Source: Leptospiria bacterium (GTDB lineage: Bacteria; Spirochaetota; Leptospiria; Turneriellales; CBDBES01). From it: a stretch of DNA of 64,000 bases. The stretch lies in contig OZ241995.1 of NCBI GenBank assembly GCA_965204465.1, positions 1,087,839 to 1,151,838 on the forward strand, written 5' to 3'. Shown here piece after piece: positions 20,742-30,550 of the stretch; position 1 is the stretch's first letter, and every line of letters starts with the position of its first letter. The notes under the pieces are model-generated. The model ran no database searches. It was given only the letters and a program-made list of their open reading frames with translations, and was not told the origin of the DNA. The position numbers and the translations under genes were made by a program.

Positions 20742-21569
20742 TTAATTCCCATGGTAGGGAAAATTTTTTTTATAAAGCAGGATAGCTTCCCTTCTACCCG
20801 CTATCAATCCAGTGGAAAGAATATCCCCTTTATCGAATACGATGGGATTATAATTTCGGTCTAATAGATCGTAATCGAGTCCTCTTAAAAGACTAGCCCC
20901 CCCCGCTATATCCCATTCACTCTTGGGCCTAAGGGATATTTGCAGGTCAAAATCTCCCACCGCTACCAATCCAAGTTTATAGGCCACCGATCCAATTGCA
21001 TGATCTTGTTGAATATGGATATGTCCATTTAAGAAATTAAAAAGTCCTTTTTTAATTTCACTTCTGGAAAAACATATTCTTACATTCTTTAAAGAATTTA
21101 TTTTCTTCTGAGAAGGTTTTAAAATTTGATCATTCAAAAAAATACCCGTTGCCTTCCCTCCGTAGATGAAGAAATCATTTGCCGGATTGGATATAAAACC
21201 TAATTCAGGTTTATTTTGGATCACCAGTCCAACAGAGATGGCAAATTGAGGCAACCCCTCTATAAATTCTTTCGTACCGTCAATCGGGTCAATGATCCAT
21301 GTTCTTTTGGGATCATGAGTATCTCTTTTTTGCAAATCCTTTTTAATATTATCATGGTTCTCTTCGGATAATATAATATCACCCGGAAATCTTTTTTGGA
21401 TTACATTGATCAGTATGTCATTGCAAGCCAGATCGGCCTCTGTTAAAGGATTATTTATTCCTTTCATAAAAATTTTATAATTCTTTCTATGAAAAAAATG
21501 CATTGCCTTTTTATTGGCCTCCGCAATACCTTCTTTTAAAAAGGCTATTTCATCTTGATAATCATTCAT
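20742..21569 (-). CDS. Inositol monophosphatase-family protein (SuhB/CysQ-like)
   Basis: ILSEE, WIIDPIDGTKEF and WDIAGG motifs. Confidence 0.85.
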   Translation of the reverse strand: MNDYQDEIAFLKEGIAEANKKAMHFFHRKNYKIFMKGINNPLTEADLACNDILINVIQKRFPGDIILSEENHDNIKKDLQKRDTHDPKRTWIIDPIDGTKEFIEGLPQFAISVGLVIQNKPELGFISNPANDFFIYGGKATGIFLNDQILKPSQKKINSLKNVRICFSRSEIKKGLFNFLNGHIHIQQDHAIGSVAYKLGLVAVGDFDLQISLRPKSEWDIAGGASLLRGLDYDLLDRNYNPIVFDKGDILSTGLIAGRREAILLYKKNFPYHGN

Positions 21570-21836
21570 AAATATAATTGTATCCGGAATAGAAGGTAGC
21601 GCAAATGAATTCAGCGCCTTATGACCAAAAATGAGTGTTTAGAATATCCCATGGGAAAATCTCAAGAACCATAAAGTAAAATATTTAGAATAAAGACCTT
21701 GAGATCATTTAAAAATAAGAAGATACAAAAGCAATCATATTTTTGATCAACAGTAGATTTTATCTTTTCTTCTTTGAAAGGCATTCTTCGATTGGTGACT
21801 CATAGATTTCTTATAAATTTAAAAAAATAGTTCTAT

Positions 21837-21862
21837 AGTTGAACGCCGTTCAACTTTTTTTT
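21837..21862 (+). terminator. Rho-independent terminator-like hairpin with no annotated gene upstream on this strand
   Basis: AGTTGAAC-GCC-GTTCAACT (8-bp perfect stem) followed by T8. Confidence 0.4.
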
Positions 21863-21961
21863 GTGTAAACAAAGAACCTGCGAGGGGCTTTCTAAAAAAA
21901 TTATTGTCTAACACTATGCTAAAGTAAAAAGAAAGAAATATATTGAAATCTATAAAAAGAA

Positions 21962-21992
21962 TTGACGATCATAGTATAGTAGATAGTATAGT
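21962..21992 (+). promoter_or_regulatory. Candidate promoter of fapA
   Basis: TTGACG (21962-21967), then TATAGT-like boxes 17-19 nt downstream within the direct repeat TAGTATAGT(A/C). About 15 nt before ATG 22006. Confidence 0.3.
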
Positions 21993-22005
21993 CTAAGATC
22001 AAGCA

Positions 22006-24009
22006 ATGAATTCATTAGAAAAACTAAAGAGCAATCTAATTGCATTAGAATTAGAAGAAAAAGAAGAGGAACTTCCATTCTCTAAAGATAAGATTGAAAT
22101 CATTTCAGATTCTGTGCAACAGGCATTAAAAATTGCAGCAGATAAGTTAAAAGCTTCTATTGAGCATCTGGATTATGAAATACTGCAAAAAGGGAATAAG
22201 GGTTTCCTGGGCTTTGGAAGATTCCCCTATAGAATATTAATTTCCAAAATAGATCAAGGGCATGATGCAAATTTTTCTGATATAGAAGATTGGAATGTAA
22301 ACCTGAATAAAGAAGAAGATAAAAGTATTTTAAAGGATGAGAGTGATCTAAACAAAGACGGTAAAGCAAGATTAAGAATGTATCGAAAAGGTATTTTTTT
22401 AACGATCATGCCTCCTAAGGGTTCTGGAATTCCAATTGACATTCACTCTGTATTGGATAAAATTAAATACTCAGGAATTACAGAGTTTGATCAAAAACTG
22501 GTAGAAAAAACGGTTAAGCAAAAAGAGGGGCGTCCCATTAAAATTGGCCGCTGGGATCCCAAACCAAATGCAGATTCTACTTTAGCCATGGAAGTATCCG
22601 AGGACCACATGCAGGCAATTATAAATATTCGGCCTCCTCGTCCAGGCGGTTGTCATTTAGAGGTAAACGAAATTATTTTAACTCTTGAAAAAAATGGTGT
22701 CATTTTTGGGATCAGGAAGGAATCTATCCAAGAGGCTTTGGATGAAGATAAATATGGAAGTCAAATTGTGGCCGCCGAGGGAAAAATTCCTCAAGATGGT
22801 AAAGATGGTTATATTGATTATAAAGTAAAGATCAAGAAAAATCTGGAATTTAAAGAGGACTCCCAAGGTAGAGTTAATTTTTTAGAAAGAGAACTTCCTG
22901 AAAATGTGGTGCAAGGGCAAATAATTGCTGAAATAAAGCCTCCTGAAAAAGGAATAAATGGTACAACTGTATTTAGTAAAGTGTTACCCTCTAAGGATGG
23001 TGATAAAATAGATTTGAAACTGGGCAAGGGTACGATCCTATCTGATGATCAAACAAAATTAATTGCCCAACAAAATGGACAAATAACTTTTGTTGGAGAA
23101 AAAATTAATGTTGAAAATGTATATACGGTTACGGGAGATGTAGGGTTACATACGGGGAATATATCTTTCCTGGGTTCTGTTATTGTAAGAGGTTCTGTAC
23201 AGGATAATAGCTCTATAAAAGCGATTGGTAATATACAGATTGGGGGCAATGTTCAAAAGGCTCAATTAGAGGCAGAAGGAGATGTTATCATTCGCGGCGG
23301 TGTACAAGGGAGAAATGAGGCTTCCATTGAGTCTACGAATGGTGATGTACTTGCTAAATTCATTCAAAATGTAACGGTTAAGGCAGAAAAGAATATTGTT
23401 ATAGAAGAGGCTATTGTGTATTCTAAAGTACAAGCTGTTGAGAAAGTTATCTGTCAGGGTAAAAGAGGCCAGATCGTAGGGGGGGAGGTTATAGCGGGTC
23501 AAGAGGTCCGGGTCAAACAACTTGGGGCCCATGCTTCTCCTGTAACCAAGATAGTTGTTGGCCTTAATCCAAAAGTATTGAACCAGCAAAGAGAACTTGA
23601 AAAAAGTGAAGCACACATTCTAGAAGAAATAAGTCAAATAGAACTGAGCATTAAAACCCTTCAAACGCAAAAGAAATTTAATAAAGAAGGCTTATCTTCT
23701 GAAAAAGAAGAGCTATTGGTGCGTTCTTTGGATCAAAAAGATAAATTCAAACAAAGATTAGATGAAATATCTCAAGAAAAAGAAGAATTAGAGGATCATG
23801 TTTCGGATCAATCCACATCAGGGGCAGTGCATATAGAAAAGACTCTCTATCCGGGCGTAACGATACAAGTTAATCATGCTACTTTCACTGCTAAAGATGA
23901 ATATACGAATGTAACATTAATTGAAAAGAAAGGCAATATTAAAATTGTACCTTATAGAGAAGAAAAAATAAAGAAAAATTGGAGAGAAAGATCTTTGAAT
24001 GAGAGGTAA
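22006..24009 (+). CDS. fapA: FapA-family (DUF342) flagellar-assembly protein
   Basis: 667 aa. Jag/FapA_N-like N-terminus (ILQKGNKGFLGFG), a long beta-helix-like repetitive core (G.V.I.G.V), and a C-terminal coiled coil. Confidence 0.8.
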   Translation: MNSLEKLKSNLIALELEEKEEELPFSKDKIEIISDSVQQALKIAADKLKASIEHLDYEILQKGNKGFLGFGRFPYRILISKIDQGHDANFSDIEDWNVNLNKEEDKSILKDESDLNKDGKARLRMYRKGIFLTIMPPKGSGIPIDIHSVLDKIKYSGITEFDQKLVEKTVKQKEGRPIKIGRWDPKPNADSTLAMEVSEDHMQAIINIRPPRPGGCHLEVNEIILTLEKNGVIFGIRKESIQEALDEDKYGSQIVAAEGKIPQDGKDGYIDYKVKIKKNLEFKEDSQGRVNFLERELPENVVQGQIIAEIKPPEKGINGTTVFSKVLPSKDGDKIDLKLGKGTILSDDQTKLIAQQNGQITFVGEKINVENVYTVTGDVGLHTGNISFLGSVIVRGSVQDNSSIKAIGNIQIGGNVQKAQLEAEGDVIIRGGVQGRNEASIESTNGDVLAKFIQNVTVKAEKNIVIEEAIVYSKVQAVEKVICQGKRGQIVGGEVIAGQEVRVKQLGAHASPVTKIVVGLNPKVLNQQRELEKSEAHILEEISQIELSIKTLQTQKKFNKEGLSSEKEELLVRSLDQKDKFKQRLDEISQEKEELEDHVSDQSTSGAVHIEKTLYPGVTIQVNHATFTAKDEYTNVTLIEKKGNIKIVPYREEKIKKNWRERSLNER

Positions 24010-24012
24010 ATT

Positions 24013-24363
24013 GTGCCAGTAAGACCGCTTGATTTACAAGTAAATATAAATTCTGTTCTTAAAGTTTCAAGCCATGAAGGGAGCCGTATATCCCGCATCG
24101 AAGCAGAACATAGAGCAATGGACCAGAAACTAGTGGAACAGCATATAAAATCAGGTCGGCAGGTGAACCAGCTTGAAGACGCAAATTCAAGCCATATAGT
24201 GGATGATAAAAAAAGAAGAGAAGAAGGCACAATGAATTCAAAAGACAATAAAAAGAATCAGCAGAAAAAACTTCTTGATGAAGATAAAAAAGACATAAAA
24301 GAAGAAAAAGATCAGAATGGCATTCTTCATGAGGGACACCACAAGTTGGATACATTTGCCTAA
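24013..24363 (+). CDS. Hypothetical highly charged small protein (GTG start) downstream of fapA
   Basis: GAGAGG lies 7-8 nt upstream of the GTG. 116 aa, Lys/Glu/Asp-rich, no motif recognised. Confidence 0.35.
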   Translation: MPVRPLDLQVNINSVLKVSSHEGSRISRIEAEHRAMDQKLVEQHIKSGRQVNQLEDANSSHIVDDKKRREEGTMNSKDNKKNQQKKLLDEDKKDIKEEKDQNGILHEGHHKLDTFA

Positions 24364-24368
24364 ATTTT

Positions 24369-25690
24369 TTATGCCTTTTTATGCTTTAGGGCGAATTTCT
24401 GTAGATATTTTTTTTTGTTCAACAAAGCGAAACGAATGATAATCTTATGCAATCTGTTTAATTCTTTACCAATTTCTACAGGAGCGTATCCCAATTTGAC
24501 CAGATAGGTTCCATTCAAATTCATTTCTTTCAAATACACGGGTTCTTTTCGTAGCCTTATTTTTCGCCATCTGTCGTTGAAAAATTGATTTATTTTCTCT
24601 GTAGAATAATTTGTATTTTCAAAGCTCATGATACTTGCCAGAAAGTGAATGTGATATTTTAATTCGGATATTGAAATTTTTGAAGCGGCTAATTTGATCT
24701 GATGATCTTTGATAATGGATAGATTATTTCTTTTTTTAAAACATAAAAAAGGAGACGTTAGATAAGATAAACAATTTTTTATATCTTTTGAGGGAAATTT
24801 GAATTTTCTGCCTATGGATTCTATCTTTTTTTTTAAGGGATAAGAAGCATTCATATTTGTTTCACAATAAAAAAAACAGGCCAGGTACATTCCCATATTT
24901 TGTATTGCCATATGTTTCAAGAGTTGCAATAACATAGAATATTTTTCTGCCGATGCTAAAAATTCAAAATGATTTAAAAATAAAGAAGTGATCCTGGTTT
25001 CATGCAGAAGAGACCAGAAAATATGCTTATAAGGGCTTGTTAGAGTCTTGTGCCATTCATCGTAAAATCTTTCCATTGCAATTTTTTGAATTACATGTAG
25101 AGCCTCTTGCATGGCCGTTTTTGTATTTTCAGATAATTGAAATTCCAATGTCGCTGCGAATCTGCATCCTCTGATAGGACGTAGGCCATCCTCCATAAAT
25201 CGACTCTTGGGGTTGCCAATAGTTTGAACCAACTTATTTTCAATATCCCGCATGCCTTCAACATGATCAATGAGTATTTGTTTACTCAGATCATAGGCCA
25301 TTCCATTTATAGTGAAATCTCTGCGCATAACATCTTCTTCAAGAGACTCTCCAAAAATAACCTTTTGGGGTCTTCTTCCATCTTCATATTTTATGTCTGT
25401 TCTGTAGGTTGTTACTTCTATGGAAATTTTTCCATATAATACTAATATAGTTCCATATTCAATTCCAGAAGGAAATGTTTTTGAGAAAAGTTTTAAGATT
25501 TTTTGGGGAGTGGCATTTGTAGTGAAATCCAGGTCTGAAATTTTTTTTTTAGCAGAAGGTCTCTTACACAGCCTCCCACAAGATAGGCTTCAAAACCGGC
25601 TTTTTTTATTTTACTTTCTACATAGAAAGCGGCTTCTTTTAAATTCTTTGGAATTTGAGAAATCAGATTAATTTTTGTATATGACATCAC
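24369..25690 (-). pseudogene. tRNA nucleotidyltransferase (CCA-adding) / poly(A) polymerase family gene, split by a frameshift in an A10 run
   Basis: The 5' ORF (25493..25690) has AYLVGGCVRDLLLKKK. After the A10 run (T10 on + at 25541-25550) the adjacent frame reads SDLDFTTNATPQKILKLF...GIEYGTILV...RRDFTINGMAYD and continues into ORF 24369..25328. Confidence 0.8.
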
Positions 25691-26263
25691 TTAAATTTTT
25701 TTCTTAATGATACTAACTCTAGTAGTAAGCCCATCAAAAATAGCCAGAATAGGAGAATCAAAATACAAATGATTTTCTTGCATATATTCATTTAGAGACA
25801 TCATTGTTTTCCTGGTAGCAATTGCAGGATGAGCTTCCATACTGACTTCGATGACCTTATTTCTAGTAAGACTTGTATATTTGAAATCAGCGTCGGGTAA
25901 AGATGCGCCTTTAGGAAATATACACCCCCCCCCACTTTTTAAAAATTTTTTAGGTATTTCAGGAGGGTTGCCATATACTTTTTGGGGAGGATCATAGAAC
26001 AAAGCAACGGGTTTGCACTCTATGTTTTGTTTTGCTAGTACTTCTTTTACCTTAGATATTCTTTTACCTACTTTATTATAATCTCCCTGGTGCTCCAGAA
26101 ATACTATATCTATTTTTTCTCTTTGCCTTTCAGCAATAGAGACTTTTGAGAATAATCCTATATGCAAGGCAACGAATAGGAACATTCCAGGAACCGTAAC
26201 TCCCATTAAAATTAAGATAAAAAGAGATGTGATTTTCTTTTTTTGATTATTATAATTGATCAT
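25691..26263 (-). CDS. Membrane-anchored GyrI-like (small-molecule-binding) domain protein
   Basis: N-terminal TM helix. FLEHQGDYNKVG...ALFYDPP...GGGCIF pattern is typical of GyrI-like/SOUL-like domains. Confidence 0.5.
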   Translation of the reverse strand: MINYNNQKKKITSLFILILMGVTVPGMFLFVALHIGLFSKVSIAERQREKIDIVFLEHQGDYNKVGKRISKVKEVLAKQNIECKPVALFYDPPQKVYGNPPEIPKKFLKSGGGCIFPKGASLPDADFKYTSLTRNKVIEVSMEAHPAIATRKTMMSLNEYMQENHLYFDSPILAIFDGLTTRVSIIKKKI

Positions 26264-26357
26264 GAGTATCTGGATCCATGAATTTTTTTGGCATAACAGA
26301 TATTTATAATCTATATATTTAATTTACAGAGAGAGTCAAGCCATTTTAATGTGATAC

Positions 26358-27350
26358 ATGGATAAAAAATATCCCTACCTGACCCTCTCTAAAATAAAAC
26401 AGGATGTATTGGGAACAGGATTTGCGAAAGTGGTTTTTTTAAAATTTAAAAACCCGGATTCTTCTTTTAGGCGCTTTTATCTAAAGTATATTCGTAATTT
26501 TTGGCATGCGGATATGAAATATTTAGAAAAAACATCTGTGAAATTTAATATAAAAAAACTATGGCCGTACCCTGGTAAACCAGGGAGCATGATGATCTGT
26601 ATACATCCCTATAAAAATCAAAATACAGAGATCATCCTAAAAAAGTCTAAGCATAAAATTGCCCGCTATGCCTGGGGAAAAGATTATCATAATATACTCA
26701 AAAAGAAACTCCAAAGAATAGTCAAGCCTTATGGTCTCTATCGGATCATAATAGATTCCGCGCCCATGCCAGAAAGATATTATGCCAGACTGGCCGGTAT
26801 GGGATTCATTGGCCGGAATGGAATGTTGATCCATCCTTCTATGGGTAGTTATTTTTTGATCAGCACGGTTTTATTGGAAAGGAAATGGAGCAGAAGCATA
26901 CTAAAGAAAGAAAGGCAACATAATACATCCATCCCAAAAACCTCATTCACTATTTTTAAAAAGAAGAACAAAAACGATATGTTGCATTGGTGTGCCGATT
27001 GTACTAAATGTATGGACTCCTGTCCCACAAACGCTATTTTAGAAAATGGGATCGTGGATTCAAATCGATGTATCTCTTATTGGACGATTGAATCCAAAAA
27101 GGATCAAAATATACCAAAAAGTCTGAATTTTGGTAAATGGATATTTGGATGTGATATTTGTCAAATGGTATGCCCCTACAACAAAGCCTCTCTATTCACC
27201 CTGGATAAAGACTTCGCTCCAACATACACTTCATTAAAAATATCAGAAGGAAATTTTAAGGAATTGGAAGAAAAAGACCTGTATGGGCTTCCTCTTAAAA
27301 GAGCGGGTATCCATAAATTAGCCCAAAGCATTAAATTCGTTTCGTCTTAA
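26358..27350 (+). CDS. queG: Epoxyqueuosine reductase
   Basis: IIIDSAPMPERYYARLAGMGFIGRNGMLIHPSMGSYF, plus two 4Fe-4S motifs (CADCTKCMDSCP and CDICQMVCPYN). Confidence 0.85.
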   Translation: MDKKYPYLTLSKIKQDVLGTGFAKVVFLKFKNPDSSFRRFYLKYIRNFWHADMKYLEKTSVKFNIKKLWPYPGKPGSMMICIHPYKNQNTEIILKKSKHKIARYAWGKDYHNILKKKLQRIVKPYGLYRIIIDSAPMPERYYARLAGMGFIGRNGMLIHPSMGSYFLISTVLLERKWSRSILKKERQHNTSIPKTSFTIFKKKNKNDMLHWCADCTKCMDSCPTNAILENGIVDSNRCISYWTIESKKDQNIPKSLNFGKWIFGCDICQMVCPYNKASLFTLDKDFAPTYTSLKISEGNFKELEEKDLYGLPLKRAGIHKLAQSIKFVSS

Positions 27351-27477
27351 TTCACTCCGTTTATTTTATTTGAGTTATTTTCATTCTTAACTTATTTATA
27401 TAAAAATAAAATAATACTTGCGTTTCTAATTATAAATCAAATTAAAACATTATAAGTAAAAGAAATAATTTTAATAT

Positions 27478-27990
27478 ATGGGAATCATTCATGAAAAATT
27501 AGCAGAGGTAAGAAAAGAGCCCAGAGGTCATTGGTTAATGAAATCAGAACCCAGTGTTTATTCCATTCATGATCTTCAAAAAGAAAAAAAAACCTTGTGG
27601 GATGGTATACGGAATTACCAGGCCAGAAACATAATGAAAGACGATATGAGGTTAAAAGACTATGTGCTATTCTATCATTCCAGTACAAAAATCCCTGGGG
27701 TCGCTGGGATTGCCACCGTGTCTAAAGAAGCCACTACAGATCCGGAACAATTTAATCCAAAGAGTCATTATTATGACAAGGATTCAAATAGAGATGACCC
27801 CACATGGGTATGTGTGGAAATAAAATTCAGAGAAGCATTCCCCCAAATAGTTCGTTTAGAGGATATTAAAAAAAATCCTGCATTAGATGAAATGATATTG
27901 ATCCAAAAAGGAATGCGCCTTTCTATACAGCCAGTCATCCAGGAAGAATTTAATTACATTTGCAAAATGGCAGGGATTGACATAAATTGA
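27478..27990 (+). CDS. EVE (PUA-like) domain protein
   Basis: HWLMKSEPSVYSIHDL...WDGIRNYQARNIMKDDMRLKDYVLFYHS is the EVE-domain signature. Confidence 0.8.
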   Translation: MGIIHEKLAEVRKEPRGHWLMKSEPSVYSIHDLQKEKKTLWDGIRNYQARNIMKDDMRLKDYVLFYHSSTKIPGVAGIATVSKEATTDPEQFNPKSHYYDKDSNRDDPTWVCVEIKFREAFPQIVRLEDIKKNPALDEMILIQKGMRLSIQPVIQEEFNYICKMAGIDIN

Positions 27991-27993
27991 ATC

Positions 27994-28707
27994 ATGATCA
28001 ATGAAATAATAAATACATCTAAAAATCAAAATCATATCGAAAAGACTGCCAGTAAAGACCCTACTCTAGTTGTTAATGAGATATTCTATAGTATACAGGG
28101 GGAAGCAAGTTTTAGCGGCTATCCATGCATTTTTATTCGACTAACAGGATGTCATTTAAGATGCAATTGGTGCGATACCTCTTATTCTTTTTATGAAGGT
28201 ACAAAGAATACATTTCATGAAATTTTTGATCAGATCAAAAAATTTCCCTCTCATCTAGTGGAAATAACAGGCGGAGAACCTCTTCTACAGCAAAATGTAT
28301 TCTTGTTTTTTCAATTTTTATATGAAAGAAAATATAAGATTCTTTTAGAAACATCGGGCGCAAAAAGCATTTCAGAGGTACCTGAATTTGTGCATATTGT
28401 AATGGACATCAAGGCCCCTGGATCAGGAGAAGTAGAAAAGAATGATCATCAAAATCTCTATTCTATCAAACCATCGGATGATCTGAAAATAGTGGTTTCT
28501 TCGGGAATGGATTTAAAATGGGCTGAAGAGATATGCATTCAACATAATGTCCATTCTATATTAAATAAACCGCCTATTTTACAACCAGTATTTGAAAATA
28601 TTTCCCTTAAAGAAATAGGGGAATTTATCAAATATAGCTCCGTTGCTTTTAGATTGGGGATGCAAATGCATAAGTACATATATCCTGCCCATGCAAGAGG
28701 GGTTTAA
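27994..28707 (+). CDS. queE: 7-carboxy-7-deazaguanine synthase (radical SAM)
   Basis: EIFYSIQGEAS and the CHLRCNWCDT cluster motif. Confidence 0.9.
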   Translation: MINEIINTSKNQNHIEKTASKDPTLVVNEIFYSIQGEASFSGYPCIFIRLTGCHLRCNWCDTSYSFYEGTKNTFHEIFDQIKKFPSHLVEITGGEPLLQQNVFLFFQFLYERKYKILLETSGAKSISEVPEFVHIVMDIKAPGSGEVEKNDHQNLYSIKPSDDLKIVVSSGMDLKWAEEICIQHNVHSILNKPPILQPVFENISLKEIGEFIKYSSVAFRLGMQMHKYIYPAHARGV

Positions 28708-28739
28708 TCGCTGATTCTACTGCATCATTAAAAGAGATC

Positions 28740-29090
28740 ATGAAAATTGAAGTGGATTTTAGATTTGATTCAGGGCATTTTTTACCCTATGTTCCTACTG
28801 ATCATAAATGCAAAAATATACATGGGCATACCTACTGGCTGACTGTCGTACTGAAAGGAGAAACCAACGAAAAAGGCTGGCTGATGGATTTTGCAGAAAT
28901 AAAATCTCATGTGAATCCCATCATTCGCATAATCGACCATAAACTTTTGAATGCCATTCCAGGACTGGAGAATCCTACGGTTGAGAATATATCAAAGTAT
29001 CTGTATGAAAAAATTCATAAAAAGTTACCTTCTTTGGCTTACGTTACCGTAAAAGAGACCCCCTTCTCCAGATGTACCTACCCTGGTTAA
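28740..29090 (+). CDS. queD: 6-carboxy-5,6,7,8-tetrahydropterin synthase
   Basis: 116 aa. C..IHGHTY zinc/catalytic motif and the DHK.LN segment. Confidence 0.9.
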   Translation: MKIEVDFRFDSGHFLPYVPTDHKCKNIHGHTYWLTVVLKGETNEKGWLMDFAEIKSHVNPIIRIIDHKLLNAIPGLENPTVENISKYLYEKIHKKLPSLAYVTVKETPFSRCTYPG

Positions 29091-29127
29091 AATTAATCAG
29101 TGTTGTATTTTATCTGTTCTATAGAAT

Positions 29128-29844
29128 ATGGATAAAGAAAGGCAGAATCCCAAACTACGATCCGGGAAAAAAGAAAAAGCTATTGTATTATTTTCAGGAG
29201 GAGTAGATTCTACTACATGTGTATATTGGGCTAAAAAAGAATTTTATGATCCTATTCTTTTATCCATTGAATATGGGCAAAGGCATTCTTTAGAGTTACA
29301 ATATGCTGAAAAATTGGTGGAACAGATAGGCCCCATAGAGCATATTATTTTACGATTGAATTTAAGAAGAATAGGAGGTTCTGCCCTTACGGATGAGAAA
29401 AGCGTTCCCAAAGGAGGATCTGATCTGGACAAAGAAGAGCATATCCCGATCACCTATGTTCCTGGACGCAATTTAATATTTCTTTCCCTTGCTTTCTCTG
29501 TGGCAGAGGCAAGAAAATGCCAGAATATATTCATCGGTGTGAATGCCCTGGATTATTCAGGCTATCCTGATTGCAGGGCCGAATTCATTGATCAATTTGA
29601 AAAAACAGTCAATGTAGGCACTAAAATGGGAGTAGAAGGCAAAAGAATTAAAATTCATACTCCATTAGTTAATATGAGCAAAGCCGAGATTATCCAGGCG
29701 GGAATTTCTATGGGGGTTCCTTATCAATATACATGGTCATGTTACGATCCCCAGGAGAGTAAACCATGCGGTGACTGTGATTCATGCATATTGCGTAGAG
29801 AAGGATTTAAAAAGGCTGGAACAACAGACCCTGCTAGAATATAA
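29128..29844 (+). CDS. queC: 7-cyano-7-deazaguanine (preQ0) synthase
   Basis: VLFSGGVDSTT PP-loop and the C-terminal zinc site CGDCDSCILR. Confidence 0.93.
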   Translation: MDKERQNPKLRSGKKEKAIVLFSGGVDSTTCVYWAKKEFYDPILLSIEYGQRHSLELQYAEKLVEQIGPIEHIILRLNLRRIGGSALTDEKSVPKGGSDLDKEEHIPITYVPGRNLIFLSLAFSVAEARKCQNIFIGVNALDYSGYPDCRAEFIDQFEKTVNVGTKMGVEGKRIKIHTPLVNMSKAEIIQAGISMGVPYQYTWSCYDPQESKPCGDCDSCILRREGFKKAGTTDPARI

Positions 29845-29913
29845 TTTCCCTTTCTATATACTACTTTATGTCCTACTCATCCTTCTTTTTTATGCTATAT
29901 CACTATGCATTCT

Positions 29914-30204
29914 CTACGATTTCTCGATTTTTACGCCACGCCAAAAAGCAATATATCCTTTAATTTCAGCAGCAGCGGGTTTAGGATCCGGGTAATACCA
30001 AGCGGAGTCATCATTAATCTTACCATTGACTTTTAAAGAGAAGTAATTAGCGGTTCCTTTCCACGGGCAAAAAGAATTTTTATTACTCTCGACCAGGTAT
30101 TTCTTATTAACCGATTCGTTAGGGAAATAATGATTGCCTTCCACAACCACAGTATTCTCCGATTCGGCAATTATTTCATCATTCCAAATAGCTTTCATAT
30201 TCAC
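29914..30204 (-). CDS. DUF427-domain protein
   Basis: Contains AESENTVVVEGNHYFP...CPWKGTANYFSL...AWYYPDP...IAFW, the DUF427 pattern. Confidence 0.75.
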   Translation of the reverse strand: MNMKAIWNDEIIAESENTVVVEGNHYFPNESVNKKYLVESNKNSFCPWKGTANYFSLKVNGKINDDSAWYYPDPKPAAAEIKGYIAFWRGVKIEKS

Positions 30205-30550
30205 CTCCTATCAAATATACAAAAATATTTTTTTTATTGGCAAAAATTATTTCCTTTCTACTTCTCCAGCTTTTATCTTTATCTGTTCCAATTTTTGAAA
30301 GAATTTCAATTTTAGAGTCACTCAGTAACTTAAAACTTTCAGGTCTATTATCGGAGTTATCTTTTTTGATATCTACTTCAATCCACTGGTATTTCTTATA
30401 TTTCTCTATTTCATTTAATTGTCTAAAGGGAATAGGATAAATTCTTCTCCATTCTCCTTTTTCATTAATTCCGGCAGTACATACCAATTCAAAATATTTT
30501 GTAGATAAAGTAGGATAAGTTTTTACCAATACAAATACTTTTTCTTTCAT
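30179..30550 (-). CDS. Hypothetical protein, translationally coupled to the DUF488 gene
   Basis: ATG 30550 (MKEKVFVLVKTYP...) overlaps the DUF488 stop in an ATGA. The track start at 30613 lies inside the upstream gene. The 3' end overlaps the DUF427 start. Confidence 0.45.
   Translation of the reverse strand: MKEKVFVLVKTYPTLSTKYFELVCTAGINEKGEWRRIYPIPFRQLNEIEKYKKYQWIEVDIKKDNSDNRPESFKLLSDSKIEILSKIGTDKDKSWRSRKEIIFANKKNIFVYLIGGEYESYLE

Noticed and set aside
23952-24355. Minus-strand ORFs 23952..24248 and 24059..24355
   Set aside because: They are antisense to the fapA 3' end and the 116-aa charged ORF. They are Cys/Leu-rich with no RBS. The plus-strand ORF has a GAGAGG Shine-Dalgarno, so they are treated as shadows.
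27351-27477. A preQ1 riboswitch upstream of the que genes (also 26264-26357), and an FMN riboswitch upstream of ribBA (12428-12534)
   Set aside because: These regions are very AT-rich. I could not find the conserved preQ1 (e.g. ...CCCUC.AUAAAAAACUA) or FMN core segments. The ribBA leader is only ~107 nt.
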